Source: an uncultured Akkermansia sp.
GTDB taxonomy: Bacteria > Verrucomicrobiota > Verrucomicrobiia > Verrucomicrobiales > Akkermansiaceae
Direction: 5' to 3'
NCBI GenBank assembly: GCA_947588645.1
Contig: CANPYO010000002.1
Location: forward strand, 11,864-75,863
DNA: 64,000 bases
A program made the position numbers and the translations under genes. Shown piece after piece: positions 39,854 through 49,898 of this stretch (position 1 is the first letter of the stretch; each line of letters starts with the position of its first letter). The notes below the pieces were generated by a model that saw only the letters and a list, made by a program, of their open reading frames with translations, searched no databases and was not told the origin of the DNA.

Positions 39854-39984
39854 CCCATTACGTGTAGCCGAGGGACTTTAGCAAATCGGGCGGTGAAAAG
39901 CAAGACAAATCCGCACATCGGCAAGCAATCTTATTTGAAGCGTGCGCCGACGACGATCTTGAGGATTGAATGCCACTGTTTTAC

Positions 39985-40200
39985 CACTCATGTCCCCATA
40001 AAATCATAACTGGGCTCATTCAACCCATTCCTCTTGCGTTTCCAACAGACAAAGGAAGTAAGCCCGGCAAGAATCATGATGCCCGCTTGTTGCCGTGATT
40101 TTTGATACGTACAAGCGGTGATATCAATCAATGAGAGTCTTTTCTCTGCTGATGGACTTCCCTCAAATGCGTCTGTCCCGGAGGTCTGCCTGTTGGGAAA
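39985..40200 (+). repeat. Composite P-family/X-module repeat
   Basis: First ~90 bp match 12493-12580, then module X (as in 1344-1450) with a degenerate right TIR ending at 40180, then CTGCCTGTTGGGA as in the other P elements. Confidence 0.7.
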
Positions 40201-40323
40201 ATATTCGTCATCTTTCGGAGTTAGCTTGCAAATGGGAGCGGATCGTGTATATAATGGTCGGGAGAACGTAGGGGAAGCGCTCACTTGGAATGCGACCCCG
40301 CATGGCGTCAACCCAATATCACC

Positions 40324-40662
40324 ATGAGTAACGAAGAAAAAGATCCGAATGTTGTGCCGGCTCCCGCGCCGGAGCCTGCTCCGTCCAGTGACACTCAAAA
40401 GCGTTTGAGCACGGCTCGCGAGTTTGCAAGCGAGCAGTACGAAAAGCTTCGCCGTGCAACGGCTGACCAAATGGAAAATGTGCGCCGTTACACACGAGAT
40501 GCGCGGCGTCAACTTCACGAAGGTTGGGATGCCACGCGCAATAAGGCGAAGGACCTGCACCACGCGGGAGAGGAGTACGTGAAGGCAAACCCGACCACGA
40601 GCGTGCTCGGTGCGCTGGGGGTTGGAATTGTGCTGGGGTTGCTTTTGGGCAGCCGCCGTTGA
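40324..40662 (+). CDS. DUF883/ElaB/YqjD family tail-anchored protein
   Basis: YVKANPTTSVLGALGVGIVLGLLLGSRR C-terminal anchor; promoter TTGCAA...TATAAT near 40226-40255. Confidence 0.85.
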   Translation: MSNEEKDPNVVPAPAPEPAPSSDTQKRLSTAREFASEQYEKLRRATADQMENVRRYTRDARRQLHEGWDATRNKAKDLHHAGEEYVKANPTTSVLGALGVGIVLGLLLGSRR

Positions 40663-40681
40663 TTTTTACACCGCGCATCCC

Positions 40682-41116
40682 ATGGTTGAGAGCCAACACG
40701 CTGAGAAGACGGTCACCCTGCGCGAGCAGGGGGGCGCCGTGCTGGGCGGTGTGCGCGAGAGTGTCCTGCACGCCACCCGGCATGTGGAAGCTTTGGCTGA
40801 GTTGCTGCAGGTTGAGCTCAACGAGTATGGAAGAAGACAAGCCAGGCGGCTTACTGCGGCCTTGGTGGGGGTAGCGTTACTGTTATGTGCCTACCTCATG
40901 CTATGCGTATTTGCCGTGCTGGTGCTTATGCCCGTTCTGAAGCCGATATGGGCGCCCGTACTGGCTGTGGTGATTTTTAATGCCCTGGTCGGTATGGTAG
41001 CGCTGCTGGTGAGCAAATGTGGAAAGCCCGGCGGTGTTGCTCCGGAGACTGTCAAAGAACTTAAAAACGACCTCGAATGCGTCAAACTCTACCTGAAAGG
41101 AAAAGAGAACTCCTGA
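40682..41116 (+). CDS. YqjE-like (holin superfamily III) membrane protein
   Basis: ELLQVELNE motif, two TMs, PETVKELKND; typical position after a DUF883 gene. Confidence 0.75.
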   Translation: MVESQHAEKTVTLREQGGAVLGGVRESVLHATRHVEALAELLQVELNEYGRRQARRLTAALVGVALLLCAYLMLCVFAVLVLMPVLKPIWAPVLAVVIFNALVGMVALLVSKCGKPGGVAPETVKELKNDLECVKLYLKGKENS

Positions 41117-41487
41117 TGCGCGCAGCCGAATCGCGCGTGGCGGTGGTGGAGAGCATAGAATCCACTGCCGGCACGGTTCGCAGTGTGTACGGGCGGTTCA
41201 GTGTGCCGAGCTCTTATGTGAAAATGGGGCTTGGCGTAGGTGCAGGTTTGGTGGGAGCGTGGCTGATGAGACGCGTGTTTTCCGCAGGGTCGCGTCGTGT
41301 GTCAGCTGCGTTGAATACCCCGACGCATAGCACGAGCGGGGCGCTTGTGTTGTTGCTCGTGCAGGTGGCATCGGCTCTGCTGCTTCCGTGGGTGCGCGAG
41401 CGGGTACACGGTTCAGATTGGGGAAATGTGGTCAAGCGCATGCACCCTTCTCACATATTCTTCCGTTGGTTAGGGTTGGAGAAATAG
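41116..41487 (+). CDS. YqjK-like hypothetical membrane protein
   Basis: TGATG coupling; completes a yqjD-E-K-like trio. Confidence 0.5.
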   Translation: MRAAESRVAVVESIESTAGTVRSVYGRFSVPSSYVKMGLGVGAGLVGAWLMRRVFSAGSRRVSAALNTPTHSTSGALVLLLVQVASALLLPWVRERVHGSDWGNVVKRMHPSHIFFRWLGLEK

Positions 41488-41490
41488 ACC

Positions 41491-41859
41491 ATGACTCCCA
41501 AAACGTACAAAATCGGCGATGCTGACATACGCCCGTGGGGGCGTTGGGTTGTGCTGGATTTGACTCCTCAGCTCGTCGTAAAAAAACTTTTTATCGCGCC
41601 GGGAAAACGCATTTCTTTGCAACTTCACAGATTTCGCTCGGAGCGTTGGATTATGATGCAGGGCGAGGCTGTGGTTCAGAAAAATGACGAGAAAATCGTT
41701 CTTAAACCAGGCGATGGCGTGCTCATCCCTCAAAATACCTTGCATCGCCTCTCCAACGAGAGCGAACAGGAAGTCCTTCTACTCGAGGTTCAGTTTGGCG
41801 ACTTGCTCAGCGAGGATGATATAGAACGCCTTGAGGACGATTACGGAAGAAACGACTAG
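41491..41859 (+). CDS. Cupin, mannose-6-phosphate isomerase type II C-terminal-like
   Basis: RPWG, ISLQLHRFRSERW, HRLSN and EVQFGDLLSEDDIERLEDDYGR. Confidence 0.9.
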   Translation: MTPKTYKIGDADIRPWGRWVVLDLTPQLVVKKLFIAPGKRISLQLHRFRSERWIMMQGEAVVQKNDEKIVLKPGDGVLIPQNTLHRLSNESEQEVLLLEVQFGDLLSEDDIERLEDDYGRND

Positions 41860-41891
41860 AGTTGAAAACTCCGCAGGAATTTAAAGAAATT

Positions 41892-42817
41892 ATGTTATTT
41901 ACCCCCCCCTAGTATCTGTTATTCAAGTTTGTCAAGATCTGATTGACGGCGTCGTTTGCGTTAATCGGGATTCAGATACCCAGCGGTGGGAAAAATACTG
42001 TTTGCGGGCGAAGGGAATCATCGAACCGGAGAAGTTATACCGGCTGAGCGCCGTAGAGGGAGTGCAGTTGCCGGGTTATGGGGAAAGGCCGTGGTTTACA
42101 GAACGCACCGGCGCGCGAAGAGAACATTGGGCTCATGGGGGCGGGTGTTTGCTGTCGCACCGCAATGCGATACGTCTTGCGCAGGAGAAGGAATGGCGCA
42201 ACGTACTCATCATGGAAGATGATGCTGTGCCGGAGGTAGAAGAAGGAGCTATGCGAGCGTTGGCGCGAGCCTTGAGAGAATTGCGGGGCAAATGGGTGCT
42301 CTATCTCGGGTATTCTGAGCGCCCCCGTCCTTGTGGGCGCGCACTGTGGCAGCAAGGAGGGTATTCTCTATGGCAGATCAGCGGGGCTATTGCTCTGCAC
42401 GCTTACATCGTGCCCCGGAGCATGTATGCGGCAATTCTGGCGCATCTTCCTCAGGAGGATTCTCAGGTGTGGTCTTGGATGGCTCGGCACAGAGCCATTG
42501 ACAACTGGTACAGGAATGAGGTTTCCGAGTGGCCGGGGGTGCGTGTACATACAATACTGCCGCATCTGTATTACCAGGAGGCTTTTTATGATGCGAGTGG
42601 AGTGGCAGGATCTGCCAATGAGCTGGGAAAGAGTGTCAAACTCAGTTCGCGTACGGTATATCCACGGGCGTGCTGGGGGCTATTTACGCTTGGACACTTT
42701 CTCTTTGCGCCGTTCAGAAGATTTGCCGTACGCATGAATACTCTGCGCACATATTACCTCTGCCGTTGCTTTGGCTTTCGAGGGCAGAAAAAAAGGAAAC
42801 GTGCGAAATTGCAATAA
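41892..42817 (+). CDS. Glycosyltransferase family 25, currently frameshifted at a C8 tract (phase-variable candidate)
   Basis: GCLLSHRNAI...VLIMEDDA GT25 motifs; the N-terminal motif VVCVNRDSDTQRW lies upstream of the first in-frame TTG; ATG 41892 joins the frame only with C9. Confidence 0.75.
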
Positions 42818-42880
42818 AGGACACTAATTAGACTTGAAATCCGTTCACTTTCATGTCATATTAGCGCGACCGCACAGAGC

Positions 42881-44803
42881 ATGTCAGATCATAAAGAACG
42901 CAAAACACTTGAAGAACGCAACCAGGCAAGTGAGCTGGAGAGGCTTCGTCACTCCTGCGCGCACGTCTGCGCCACGGCGATTTGTCGCATATGGCCTCAG
43001 GCGCAACTGGCGGCTGGCCCGGCTGTTGAGAACGGCTTTTATTACGATATTGAACTCGACCACAACATCTCATCGGATGAGTTTGCCCTCATCGAGGAAG
43101 AAATGAAAAAAGTGGTAAAGGAGAATGCGCCGTTTGAGAAGACCGTAGTGAGTCGCTCTGAGGCTCTGCACATGGCAGAGACCGGCGAATTAGGCAGCAT
43201 TGGGCCGCGCGGCGTGCCTTCTAAGTTCAAATTGGATCTGCTTTCCCGCATCCCGGAAGATGAGCCCATTTCCATCTATCGCAATGGTGACTTTACCGAC
43301 TTGTGCGCCGGTCCGCACGTGGCTCGTACAGGAAATTGCAAGGCTTTTAAGATTATGAGCGTGGCCTCTTCCTATTACCAAGGGGATGCCAACGGACCAC
43401 GGCTGCAGCGCGTGTACGGCACGTGCTTTCCGAACCGCACTCAGCTGGATGAGCACCTGGCTCGACTGGAGGAGGCAAAAAGGCGTGACCACCGCAAGCT
43501 CGGTCGAGAACTCGGACTCTTTGCTATTGATGAGATGGTGGGGCAGGGCTTGGTTCTCTGGAAACCAAAGGGCGCCATTATCCGCCGGGAGCTGCAGAAA
43601 TTCATCACCGAGGAGTTGGATCGCATCGGCTATTCACAGGTGTTTACCCCCCACCTTGGGAAGCTGGATTTGTACATGACCAGCGGTCACTGGGAACATT
43701 ACAAAGAAAGCCAATTCCCTCCCATTCCGGATCCGGATGACTTCAAGAAACTGCGTGACGAGCACGCCACTTGTGCCGATCTTTTCAACGCGCTTGATAC
43801 CCGCACGATCACGGGTTTCATGCTCAAACCCATGAATTGCCCGCACCACATCCGTATCTACGCAAACGAGCCGCACTCTTATCGCGACTTGCCCGTGCGT
43901 CTCGCTGAGTTCGGCACGGTGTACCGTTGGGAACAGAGCGGTGAGCTGGGTGGCATGACTCGCGTGCGCGGCTTCACCCAAGATGATGCCCATATCTTCT
44001 GCCGTCCGGATCAGATTAAGCAGGAGGTTCAGCAGTGCATCGGCATCGTCAAGCTTATTCTTGGAACCTTGCAAATGACCGATTTTCGCGTGCGTCTCTC
44101 TCTGCGCGACAGAGATTACTCCGATCCCAAGTACGTCGGGAGTCACGAAAATTGGGAGCTTGCGGAGAATGCCCTGCGCGGGGTCCTGCAGGAGGAAGGT
44201 TTTGACTTTGTGGAGGCTGAAAATGAAGCCGCTTTCTACGGACCGAAAATCGATTTCATTGTGCGCGATGTCATTGGTCGCGATTGGCAGCTTGGCACCG
44301 TCCAAGTGGATTACAACCTGCCGGAACGCTTCGAGCTCACATACACCGGTGCGGACAATAAACCTCACCGTCCCGTTATGATACATCGCGCTCCGTTTGG
44401 CTCCATGGAGCGGTTCACGGGTTTGCTCATCGAGCATTTTGCCGGCAAATTCCCCACGTGGCTTGCACCGGAGCAGGTGCGTGTGCTCCCCATTTCTGAG
44501 AAGGTACTCGACTTTGCGCACGAGGTGCGCGCTCAACTGGCCGATGCCGGCGTGCGCGTACGCATGGACGATGCTCCGGACAAGATTGGCGCTAAAATTT
44601 GCAATGCGCGCATGGATCGCGTGCCTTACATGCTCGTTGTCGGGCAGCGCGAGGCGGAACAGGGACTCGTCTCTGTGCGCCACAGGGATTTGGATGTCAT
44701 CGGAACTATGAAACTGGCTGACTTCTGCAGCGCTCTGCAGCGCGAGACAGAGCAGCGCCTTATTGCTCCCGAGCTTCAACCTTCCGCGCCACATGCGGAG
44801 TAA
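42881..44803 (+). CDS. thrS: Threonine--tRNA ligase
   Basis: LRHSCAH, DLCAGPHV, RDHRKLG, KPMNCPHH, RVRGFTQDDAH and MIHRAPFGSMERF motifs. Confidence 0.98.
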   Translation: MSDHKERKTLEERNQASELERLRHSCAHVCATAICRIWPQAQLAAGPAVENGFYYDIELDHNISSDEFALIEEEMKKVVKENAPFEKTVVSRSEALHMAETGELGSIGPRGVPSKFKLDLLSRIPEDEPISIYRNGDFTDLCAGPHVARTGNCKAFKIMSVASSYYQGDANGPRLQRVYGTCFPNRTQLDEHLARLEEAKRRDHRKLGRELGLFAIDEMVGQGLVLWKPKGAIIRRELQKFITEELDRIGYSQVFTPHLGKLDLYMTSGHWEHYKESQFPPIPDPDDFKKLRDEHATCADLFNALDTRTITGFMLKPMNCPHHIRIYANEPHSYRDLPVRLAEFGTVYRWEQSGELGGMTRVRGFTQDDAHIFCRPDQIKQEVQQCIGIVKLILGTLQMTDFRVRLSLRDRDYSDPKYVGSHENWELAENALRGVLQEEGFDFVEAENEAAFYGPKIDFIVRDVIGRDWQLGTVQVDYNLPERFELTYTGADNKPHRPVMIHRAPFGSMERFTGLLIEHFAGKFPTWLAPEQVRVLPISEKVLDFAHEVRAQLADAGVRVRMDDAPDKIGAKICNARMDRVPYMLVVGQREAEQGLVSVRHRDLDVIGTMKLADFCSALQRETEQRLIAPELQPSAPHAE

Positions 44804-44844
44804 GATCTCCTTCTATCTGTCAAAACCAACACACCACACTACAC

Positions 44845-45498
44845 GTGCCACTCCCACCAAAGAAAGCGAACAGTCCCGCGCGTAACAACCGTCGCGATCA
44901 ATCCAACAAAGTCTCCCAGACCCGAGTCAACGAACGCATCCGCGCTCCACGTGTCCGAGTTGTTACGGCAGAGGGCGTCCAGCTGGGCATAGTAGCCACG
45001 CGAGATGCCTTGGTCAAAGCGAAGGAATTGGGGCTGGATCTTGTGGAAGTGGCGCCGAACGCCGATCCTCCTGTCTGCCGCATTATCGATTATGGCAAGT
45101 ACAAATACATGCAGGCCAAGCAGCAGAAAAACAGCAAGTCGAAGGTCGTTCGCATGAAGGAGGTGAAACTCCGCATTGGTACGGATGTCAATGATTACAA
45201 CGTGAAAATGGGGCGTACCGAGCAGTTTCTTGATCATGGGCACAAAGTGCGGTTCCAACTGCGCTTCAAAGGCCGCGAAAATGCTCACCAGCAAATGGGG
45301 CTTGATGTGATGGCCAAAGTTGCGGAGGATATGAAGACTATGGCGCGTGTGGATCAACCGGCCAAGCTTGTTGGCAACACGGTGAGCATGGTTCTCTCTC
45401 CTCTCCCCAATGGACAGCGCGTCAAGAAATTCAAAAAGTACGAGGAAGACGATTTCGATACAGAATCTGCCGAGTTTGACGCCAAAGAAGAAGGCTGA
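44845..45498 (+). CDS. infC: Translation initiation factor IF-3
   Basis: VNERIRAPRVRVV, LDLVEVAP...PPVCRIIDYGKYKY and FKGRE; follows thrS. Confidence 0.95.
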   Translation: MPLPPKKANSPARNNRRDQSNKVSQTRVNERIRAPRVRVVTAEGVQLGIVATRDALVKAKELGLDLVEVAPNADPPVCRIIDYGKYKYMQAKQQKNSKSKVVRMKEVKLRIGTDVNDYNVKMGRTEQFLDHGHKVRFQLRFKGRENAHQQMGLDVMAKVAEDMKTMARVDQPAKLVGNTVSMVLSPLPNGQRVKKFKKYEEDDFDTESAEFDAKEEG

Positions 45499-45534
45499 GA
45501 GGCCAAAATCGACAACGTTTTCTCATTGTAATTC

Positions 45535-45600
45535 GTGGCGCCGTCAGGCGCCACCCTCGTACATTGTAAATGGCAAACGCATTTCCTAATGCGGCCTTTG
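45535..45600 (-). repeat. Degenerate MITE left-end fragment
   Basis: GGCAAACGCATTTCCTAATGCG hairpin plus heptamer remnants and the GCGCCGTCAGGCGCCA module also seen near 16444. Confidence 0.55.
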
Positions 45601-45694
45601 TCCGCAGAATCTGAAGAAGCACGCACGCAGCGGCGCATCAAACTCGTCTGATTCGTGCCCTCCACATCGCCACAGATTGGCAGGGTCGCTTTGT

Positions 45695-46534
45695 CTAAGA
45701 CTCGCTTTTATTCAATTTCTCCAGCTCCTGCAGCTCTTTCCATACCCCTAGTATTTTTCTGCCATCAGCAACGAAATTTGTAGCATCACTTACGTGGTGA
45801 CCATCACATATTCTATCCAGTGCTCTCGCTGTATTGAGAAGTTTCTTCCCGGTCTTTTCAAACGTATTTGAATCACCTTTATCGACTGCTTCAATACAAC
45901 TTCGAACAAATGAGGTCCAATTTTGCCGCATCTTTTCAACTTGTCCGAAATCTTTTTTGCCCGGAGGAGCGGAGGCCGAGCAGAAACTATAGTCCTCCAG
46001 TCTACGAGTCCAACTTTCTATCCTTCTTTTTAATTGTTGAATTCTTTCCTTCCTTTCTTCCTTCTCATACTCAGCAGCCTGTTCTTTTTCTTTTTGTTCT
46101 TCCTCTTTTTCAAATTGTTTTTCGCGTTCCAATAAGGCCATTCTGTTCTCCTGCTCCTGCTCCTGCTCCTTTTCTTTTTGAATCCTTAATTTTTCCCTCC
46201 GTGCCTCTGCGGCTTCTTCTCGCGCCTTTCTCTCTGCTTCTAATTGTTCTTGACGTTCCTGAGCGGCTAGTTTCTTCTTTTCCTCTCTCTTCGCGGTGAT
46301 CCCTTTTCTCAATTCCTGAGCATTCTCCTTTAGGGTATCTATCTCCCCTGCGAGAGTCTCGCATTTTTTGCTCTCTTCCTCGTAAGCAGCTCGAGCATCG
46401 CCCAATTCTTGCTTGGCTACCTTGAGCTCGTTACGAATTCCCCTCAGCTTTGCCTCATCATCGGAGCTTTTGAAGTACATCCAGCCCCCCCAGATCAGGG
46501 TCAGCATCGCCAGCATTTTAAGTAGAATGTCCAT
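45695..46534 (-). CDS. Cassette ORF4-B (279 aa), diverged paralogue of ORF4-A
   Basis: Same architecture; many substitutions and indels relative to 32572-33408. Confidence 0.75.
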   Translation of the reverse strand: MDILLKMLAMLTLIWGGWMYFKSSDDEAKLRGIRNELKVAKQELGDARAAYEEESKKCETLAGEIDTLKENAQELRKGITAKREEKKKLAAQERQEQLEAERKAREEAAEARREKLRIQKEKEQEQEQENRMALLEREKQFEKEEEQKEKEQAAEYEKEERKERIQQLKRRIESWTRRLEDYSFCSASAPPGKKDFGQVEKMRQNWTSFVRSCIEAVDKGDSNTFEKTGKKLLNTARALDRICDGHHVSDATNFVADGRKILGVWKELQELEKLNKSES

Positions 46535-46549
46535 GGCTTTTATGAGTTA

Positions 46550-46804
46550 TCAGATTCTTTCGAGTTCCGTTTTCAGTTGTTCCTGCTGCTTTTCCAAGCG
46601 GGTTTTTTCGGCATTAAGTTGACGGATGCCAAGGGAGTTCACTTTGGATTTGATCGAGGAGATTTCCCTTCGAATTCCTTCAATCTTCTTTTGCGTATTT
46701 TCAATGGAGATTTCCGTGTTTGACTTTTGGGAATAGAAATGTCTGCCGACTAAAATTGCGGCAATGATAATGACGACGAGACCGATGTTAATGTATTTAT
46801 CCAT
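46550..46804 (-). CDS. Cassette ORF3-B (84 aa)
   Basis: Three amino-acid differences from ORF3-A. Confidence 0.7.
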   Translation of the reverse strand: MDKYINIGLVVIIIAAILVGRHFYSQKSNTEISIENTQKKIEGIRREISSIKSKVNSLGIRQLNAEKTRLEKQQEQLKTELERI

Positions 46805-46817
46805 ATGGGGTCAGGGG

Positions 46818-47561
46818 TTAGGGGGTAGGTGAAGTTTCGGGATTGACGGGGATGTCCAACTCTTCGGATCGACGAAGCAGAAGTTGGCGAGCGGTAGCGG
46901 CATTCAAAAGCTCGTCGGCGACTTCGGCTATCCGCCCCGCCTGGTTAAAATAGAGCTGCGTGTTCCCTGTGAGAACGTCCGCCGAGTCGGCGAGTTCTCG
47001 CACTTGTTCCTGCAGGCGAAGTACCTTATCCGCTTCTCCTCGGGTAGCAACGTTAAGCAGAGATTGCACGGCCGCTCTCCATTTCCCGTGAATGCTCCGC
47101 AGTCTCTCCTGATATTCATCATCGAGAGTTTCCAAACAAGGCGGAGTCCTGTATGAGCGGAGAGCGTAACGCGACTCGGCAATTCTGCGCAGCAGCGTCC
47201 TATTCTCGTGCAAAAGGTCATGCTTGGCTTCGGAACGTTCGCGTTCTGAGAGGGCATCCGAAAGCTCCTCCGCGGAGATTTCTGTCCCCTCCGAGAGTCC
47301 CTTTTTCAGAGCAAGCTGTTTTTTGAGCACACGCAGTTCGTTTTTGAGATCGAGCCTCATCTTGCGCAGCTCTTTGACCATAGCTTTATCCTCCTCATGT
47401 GCGTCTTTTTCCTCGGCCAACTGTGCGGCGGCGTCCTGCAGCTGTAGTTCTGCCCTGTGCAGAGTTCTCTCTGAAAACAGGCAGAACACGAACATGCAGA
47501 GAACCCAGGCGGCGGCCAGGCCGGTTGCTATTTTCAACGCCACTCGAATTGTCTCTTTCAT
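46818..47561 (-). CDS. Cassette ORF2-B (247 aa)
   Basis: Identical to ORF2-A except two residues at the C-terminus. Confidence 0.7.
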   Translation of the reverse strand: MKETIRVALKIATGLAAAWVLCMFVFCLFSERTLHRAELQLQDAAAQLAEEKDAHEEDKAMVKELRKMRLDLKNELRVLKKQLALKKGLSEGTEISAEELSDALSERERSEAKHDLLHENRTLLRRIAESRYALRSYRTPPCLETLDDEYQERLRSIHGKWRAAVQSLLNVATRGEADKVLRLQEQVRELADSADVLTGNTQLYFNQAGRIAEVADELLNAATARQLLLRRSEELDIPVNPETSPTP

Positions 47562-47565
47562 GCGC

Positions 47566-47847
47566 TTATTCCTCCCTGAGCAGAGCATTCAGCTCGGTTA
47601 CTTTGTCTTCCAACATGTCGATTTCACGCGACAGTTCCTGCGCGTTGGTACCGGATCGTCTGTTATCGAGTCTGACAGATTCGCGTTCCACGCTCTTGAT
47701 ACGGGCGCATATTTGATCCGTCCGTCTCTCCAACCGACCCGCACGTTGATAGTAGCCTGCTCCTACCCATAGCGACGCGATTAGTACGACCGCCATGGCG
47801 ACGTCTATAACCACTTCCAAATGAATCTTTTCTTTGAGAGAAGGCAT
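47566..47847 (-). CDS. Cassette ORF1-B (93 aa)
   Basis: Protein identical to ORF1-A. Confidence 0.65.
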   Translation of the reverse strand: MPSLKEKIHLEVVIDVAMAVVLIASLWVGAGYYQRAGRLERRTDQICARIKSVERESVRLDNRRSGTNAQELSREIDMLEDKVTELNALLREE

Positions 47848-48264
47848 GTTGTACAGAGAAAATCATGAAGCAGGGATCCCCTGATCAGGCGCCAGCATAT
47901 CTCTTTTTGAAAGAGATATACACCTTCAGCGATCATACACTATTTGTATTAAGCTCTATACAATAAAACACACTTACGCAAAACACACCTGACGCGTGGC
48001 ATTTTAGTCGTTTCTAATCTTCGTAACTCACGTACCGTGAAAAAACATTTTTCTTTTCACTTGACATCTCTTTCAAAAAGAGATGAGCACTCCAGAGATC
48101 TTCTTAATCAATTAAAATGAAATATGAAACAGAAAAAAGGAGCATAAAAACTCCCAATTTTTTCGCGGCAAAAATTTCAAAATCATAAATAGCAAACGCA
48201 TTTTCTGATGCGTTTCATGGGAGATGGAAGTGAAACCTCCATCTTCCACCGCAGGCGAGCATAC

Positions 48265-48293
48265 AAAAAAAGGCGGGAACCGAAGTTCCCGCC
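48265..48293 (-). terminator. Intrinsic terminator of pgk
   Basis: GGCGGGAAC-CGAA-GTTCCCGCC hairpin with A7 (U7 on the minus strand). Confidence 0.85.
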
Positions 48294-48315
48294 GTGATAA
48301 GAAGAAGAGCAGAAA

Positions 48316-49515
48316 TTATTTTTCAGAAAGAGAGCCGATGCCCGGGAGAACCTTGCCCTCGAGCAGTTCGAGAGAAGCTCCGCCCCCGGTAGAACAGAAG
48401 GAGAGCTTGTCGGCTACCTTGAATTTCTTAGCAGCGGTCACCGAATCGCCACCTCCGACAATGGAAATGCAATCGGAAGAGGCGAGGCACTCGGCAATGG
48501 CTTTCGTGCCGGTGGAGAAGGAATCGATTTCAAAGACGCCGAGCGGCCCGTTCCAAAGAACCGTCTTGGCTCCTTTGAGAATAGAGCAGAACTCTTCAAT
48601 GGCTTTGTCGCCAATGTCAATGCCCATCCCCCCCTCCGGAACCACTCCTCCTTCAGCAAAGGGTTTGGAGACGTGAGTCTCGGCTCCCTCTTCAAATTTG
48701 AAGGTGTAGCGCACATCTGCCGGGAGAACGAAGCGAACACCCTTGGCAGCGGCATCCGCAAGGATCTGGCGAGCAAGATCGAGCTTGTCCTCTTCAATTT
48801 TTGAGTTGCCGATGTTGTGTCCCTGCGCAGCAAGGAAAGTGTTGGCCATGGCGCCACCGATGAGGAAGGTCTGACTCTTCTCCATGAGCTTGGAGAGAAC
48901 CTGAATTTTGTCGGAGACCTTGGCGCCGCCCATGATGACGACAAAGGGCTGAACCGGATTTTCGAGCTTTCCTTCCAAGTATTCCAACTCACGCTTGATG
49001 AGGAAGCCCATGGCTGATTTCTCAGCAAAGTGCGTGACGCCCTCGGTGGAGGCGTGAGCACGGTGAGCGGAGCCGAAGGCATCGTTTACGTAGAGCTTGG
49101 CCTCGCCGAGCAGGGCTTTCGCGAACTCCGGATCATTTTTCTTCTCTTTCTTGTCGAAGCGCACGTTGTCCAACAGAAGCACCTCGCCGTCTTTCAGCGC
49201 TGCGCGGGCAGCAGAGGCGGCGTCGCCGATGGTTTCCGGTACGAAAGCAACAGGTTTGCCGAGGTGTTTGGACAGGCACTCAGCGGCGGCTTTCAACGAG
49301 AACTCAGCTTGGTACCCCGTGCCCTCCGGACGTCCGAGGTGGGAGCAGAGCACCAGTCGAGCGCCGTGCTCGAGCAAGTAGTTAATGGTCGGCAGAGCCG
49401 CCACGATTCGTGCATCATTTGTGATGATGCCATCTTTCATCGGCACATTGAAGTCCACACGCATGAGAACTTCTTTGCCGGCAACGTTGAGGTCTTCTAC
49501 AGTGAGTTTTGCCAT
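48316..49515 (-). CDS. pgk: Phosphoglycerate kinase
   Basis: RVDFNVP, SHLGRP, NDAFGSAHRAHAS, GGAKVSDKI, WNGPLGVFE and STGGGASLELLEG motifs. Confidence 0.98.
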   Translation of the reverse strand: MAKLTVEDLNVAGKEVLMRVDFNVPMKDGIITNDARIVAALPTINYLLEHGARLVLCSHLGRPEGTGYQAEFSLKAAAECLSKHLGKPVAFVPETIGDAASAARAALKDGEVLLLDNVRFDKKEKKNDPEFAKALLGEAKLYVNDAFGSAHRAHASTEGVTHFAEKSAMGFLIKRELEYLEGKLENPVQPFVVIMGGAKVSDKIQVLSKLMEKSQTFLIGGAMANTFLAAQGHNIGNSKIEEDKLDLARQILADAAAKGVRFVLPADVRYTFKFEEGAETHVSKPFAEGGVVPEGGMGIDIGDKAIEEFCSILKGAKTVLWNGPLGVFEIDSFSTGTKAIAECLASSDCISIVGGGDSVTAAKKFKVADKLSFCSTGGGASLELLEGKVLPGIGSLSEK

Positions 49516-49898
49516 AGTAGTGGTTGAGTTTGTTTGAGAAAAATTTCCCTCTTGCGCGCATTATAGGCAATTTGAAGGAAAAGTCAAGGAGACCCGCGCA
49601 CGGCCTTTAAGATTCCCGCTCGTTCCTGCTTTGCACCCCGCGCCGCATGTGCGCAAACTTTGCAAATCGTAAATCGCGAGCCGTAAATAACAACCATATT
49701 TTCTAATGCGGTTAAAAAGGCGCTTGACAAGAGGTGCCGAGGTGATAGTTTGTTGGTGTCGGTTCATGTCAGAATTAGCGTGCAACTTTCCGGTCATTCT
49801 CACACCTAACCTCTCCGAATGCATCCGACCTTCTTTCATTTTCACAGAACAAATGTAAATAAGAAACCACTTTCAGAAATCCGCACATACCGTCGATC

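Larger units (their letters stand above)
45700..48252 (-). repeat. Long inverted repeat, copy B (four-gene cassette)
   Basis: Reverse complement of 30861-33406. Confidence 0.95.

Noticed and set aside
40682-41116. Holin-like gene as a prophage remnant
   Set aside because: It is part of a chromosomal yqjD-E-K-like trio, with no phage genes nearby.
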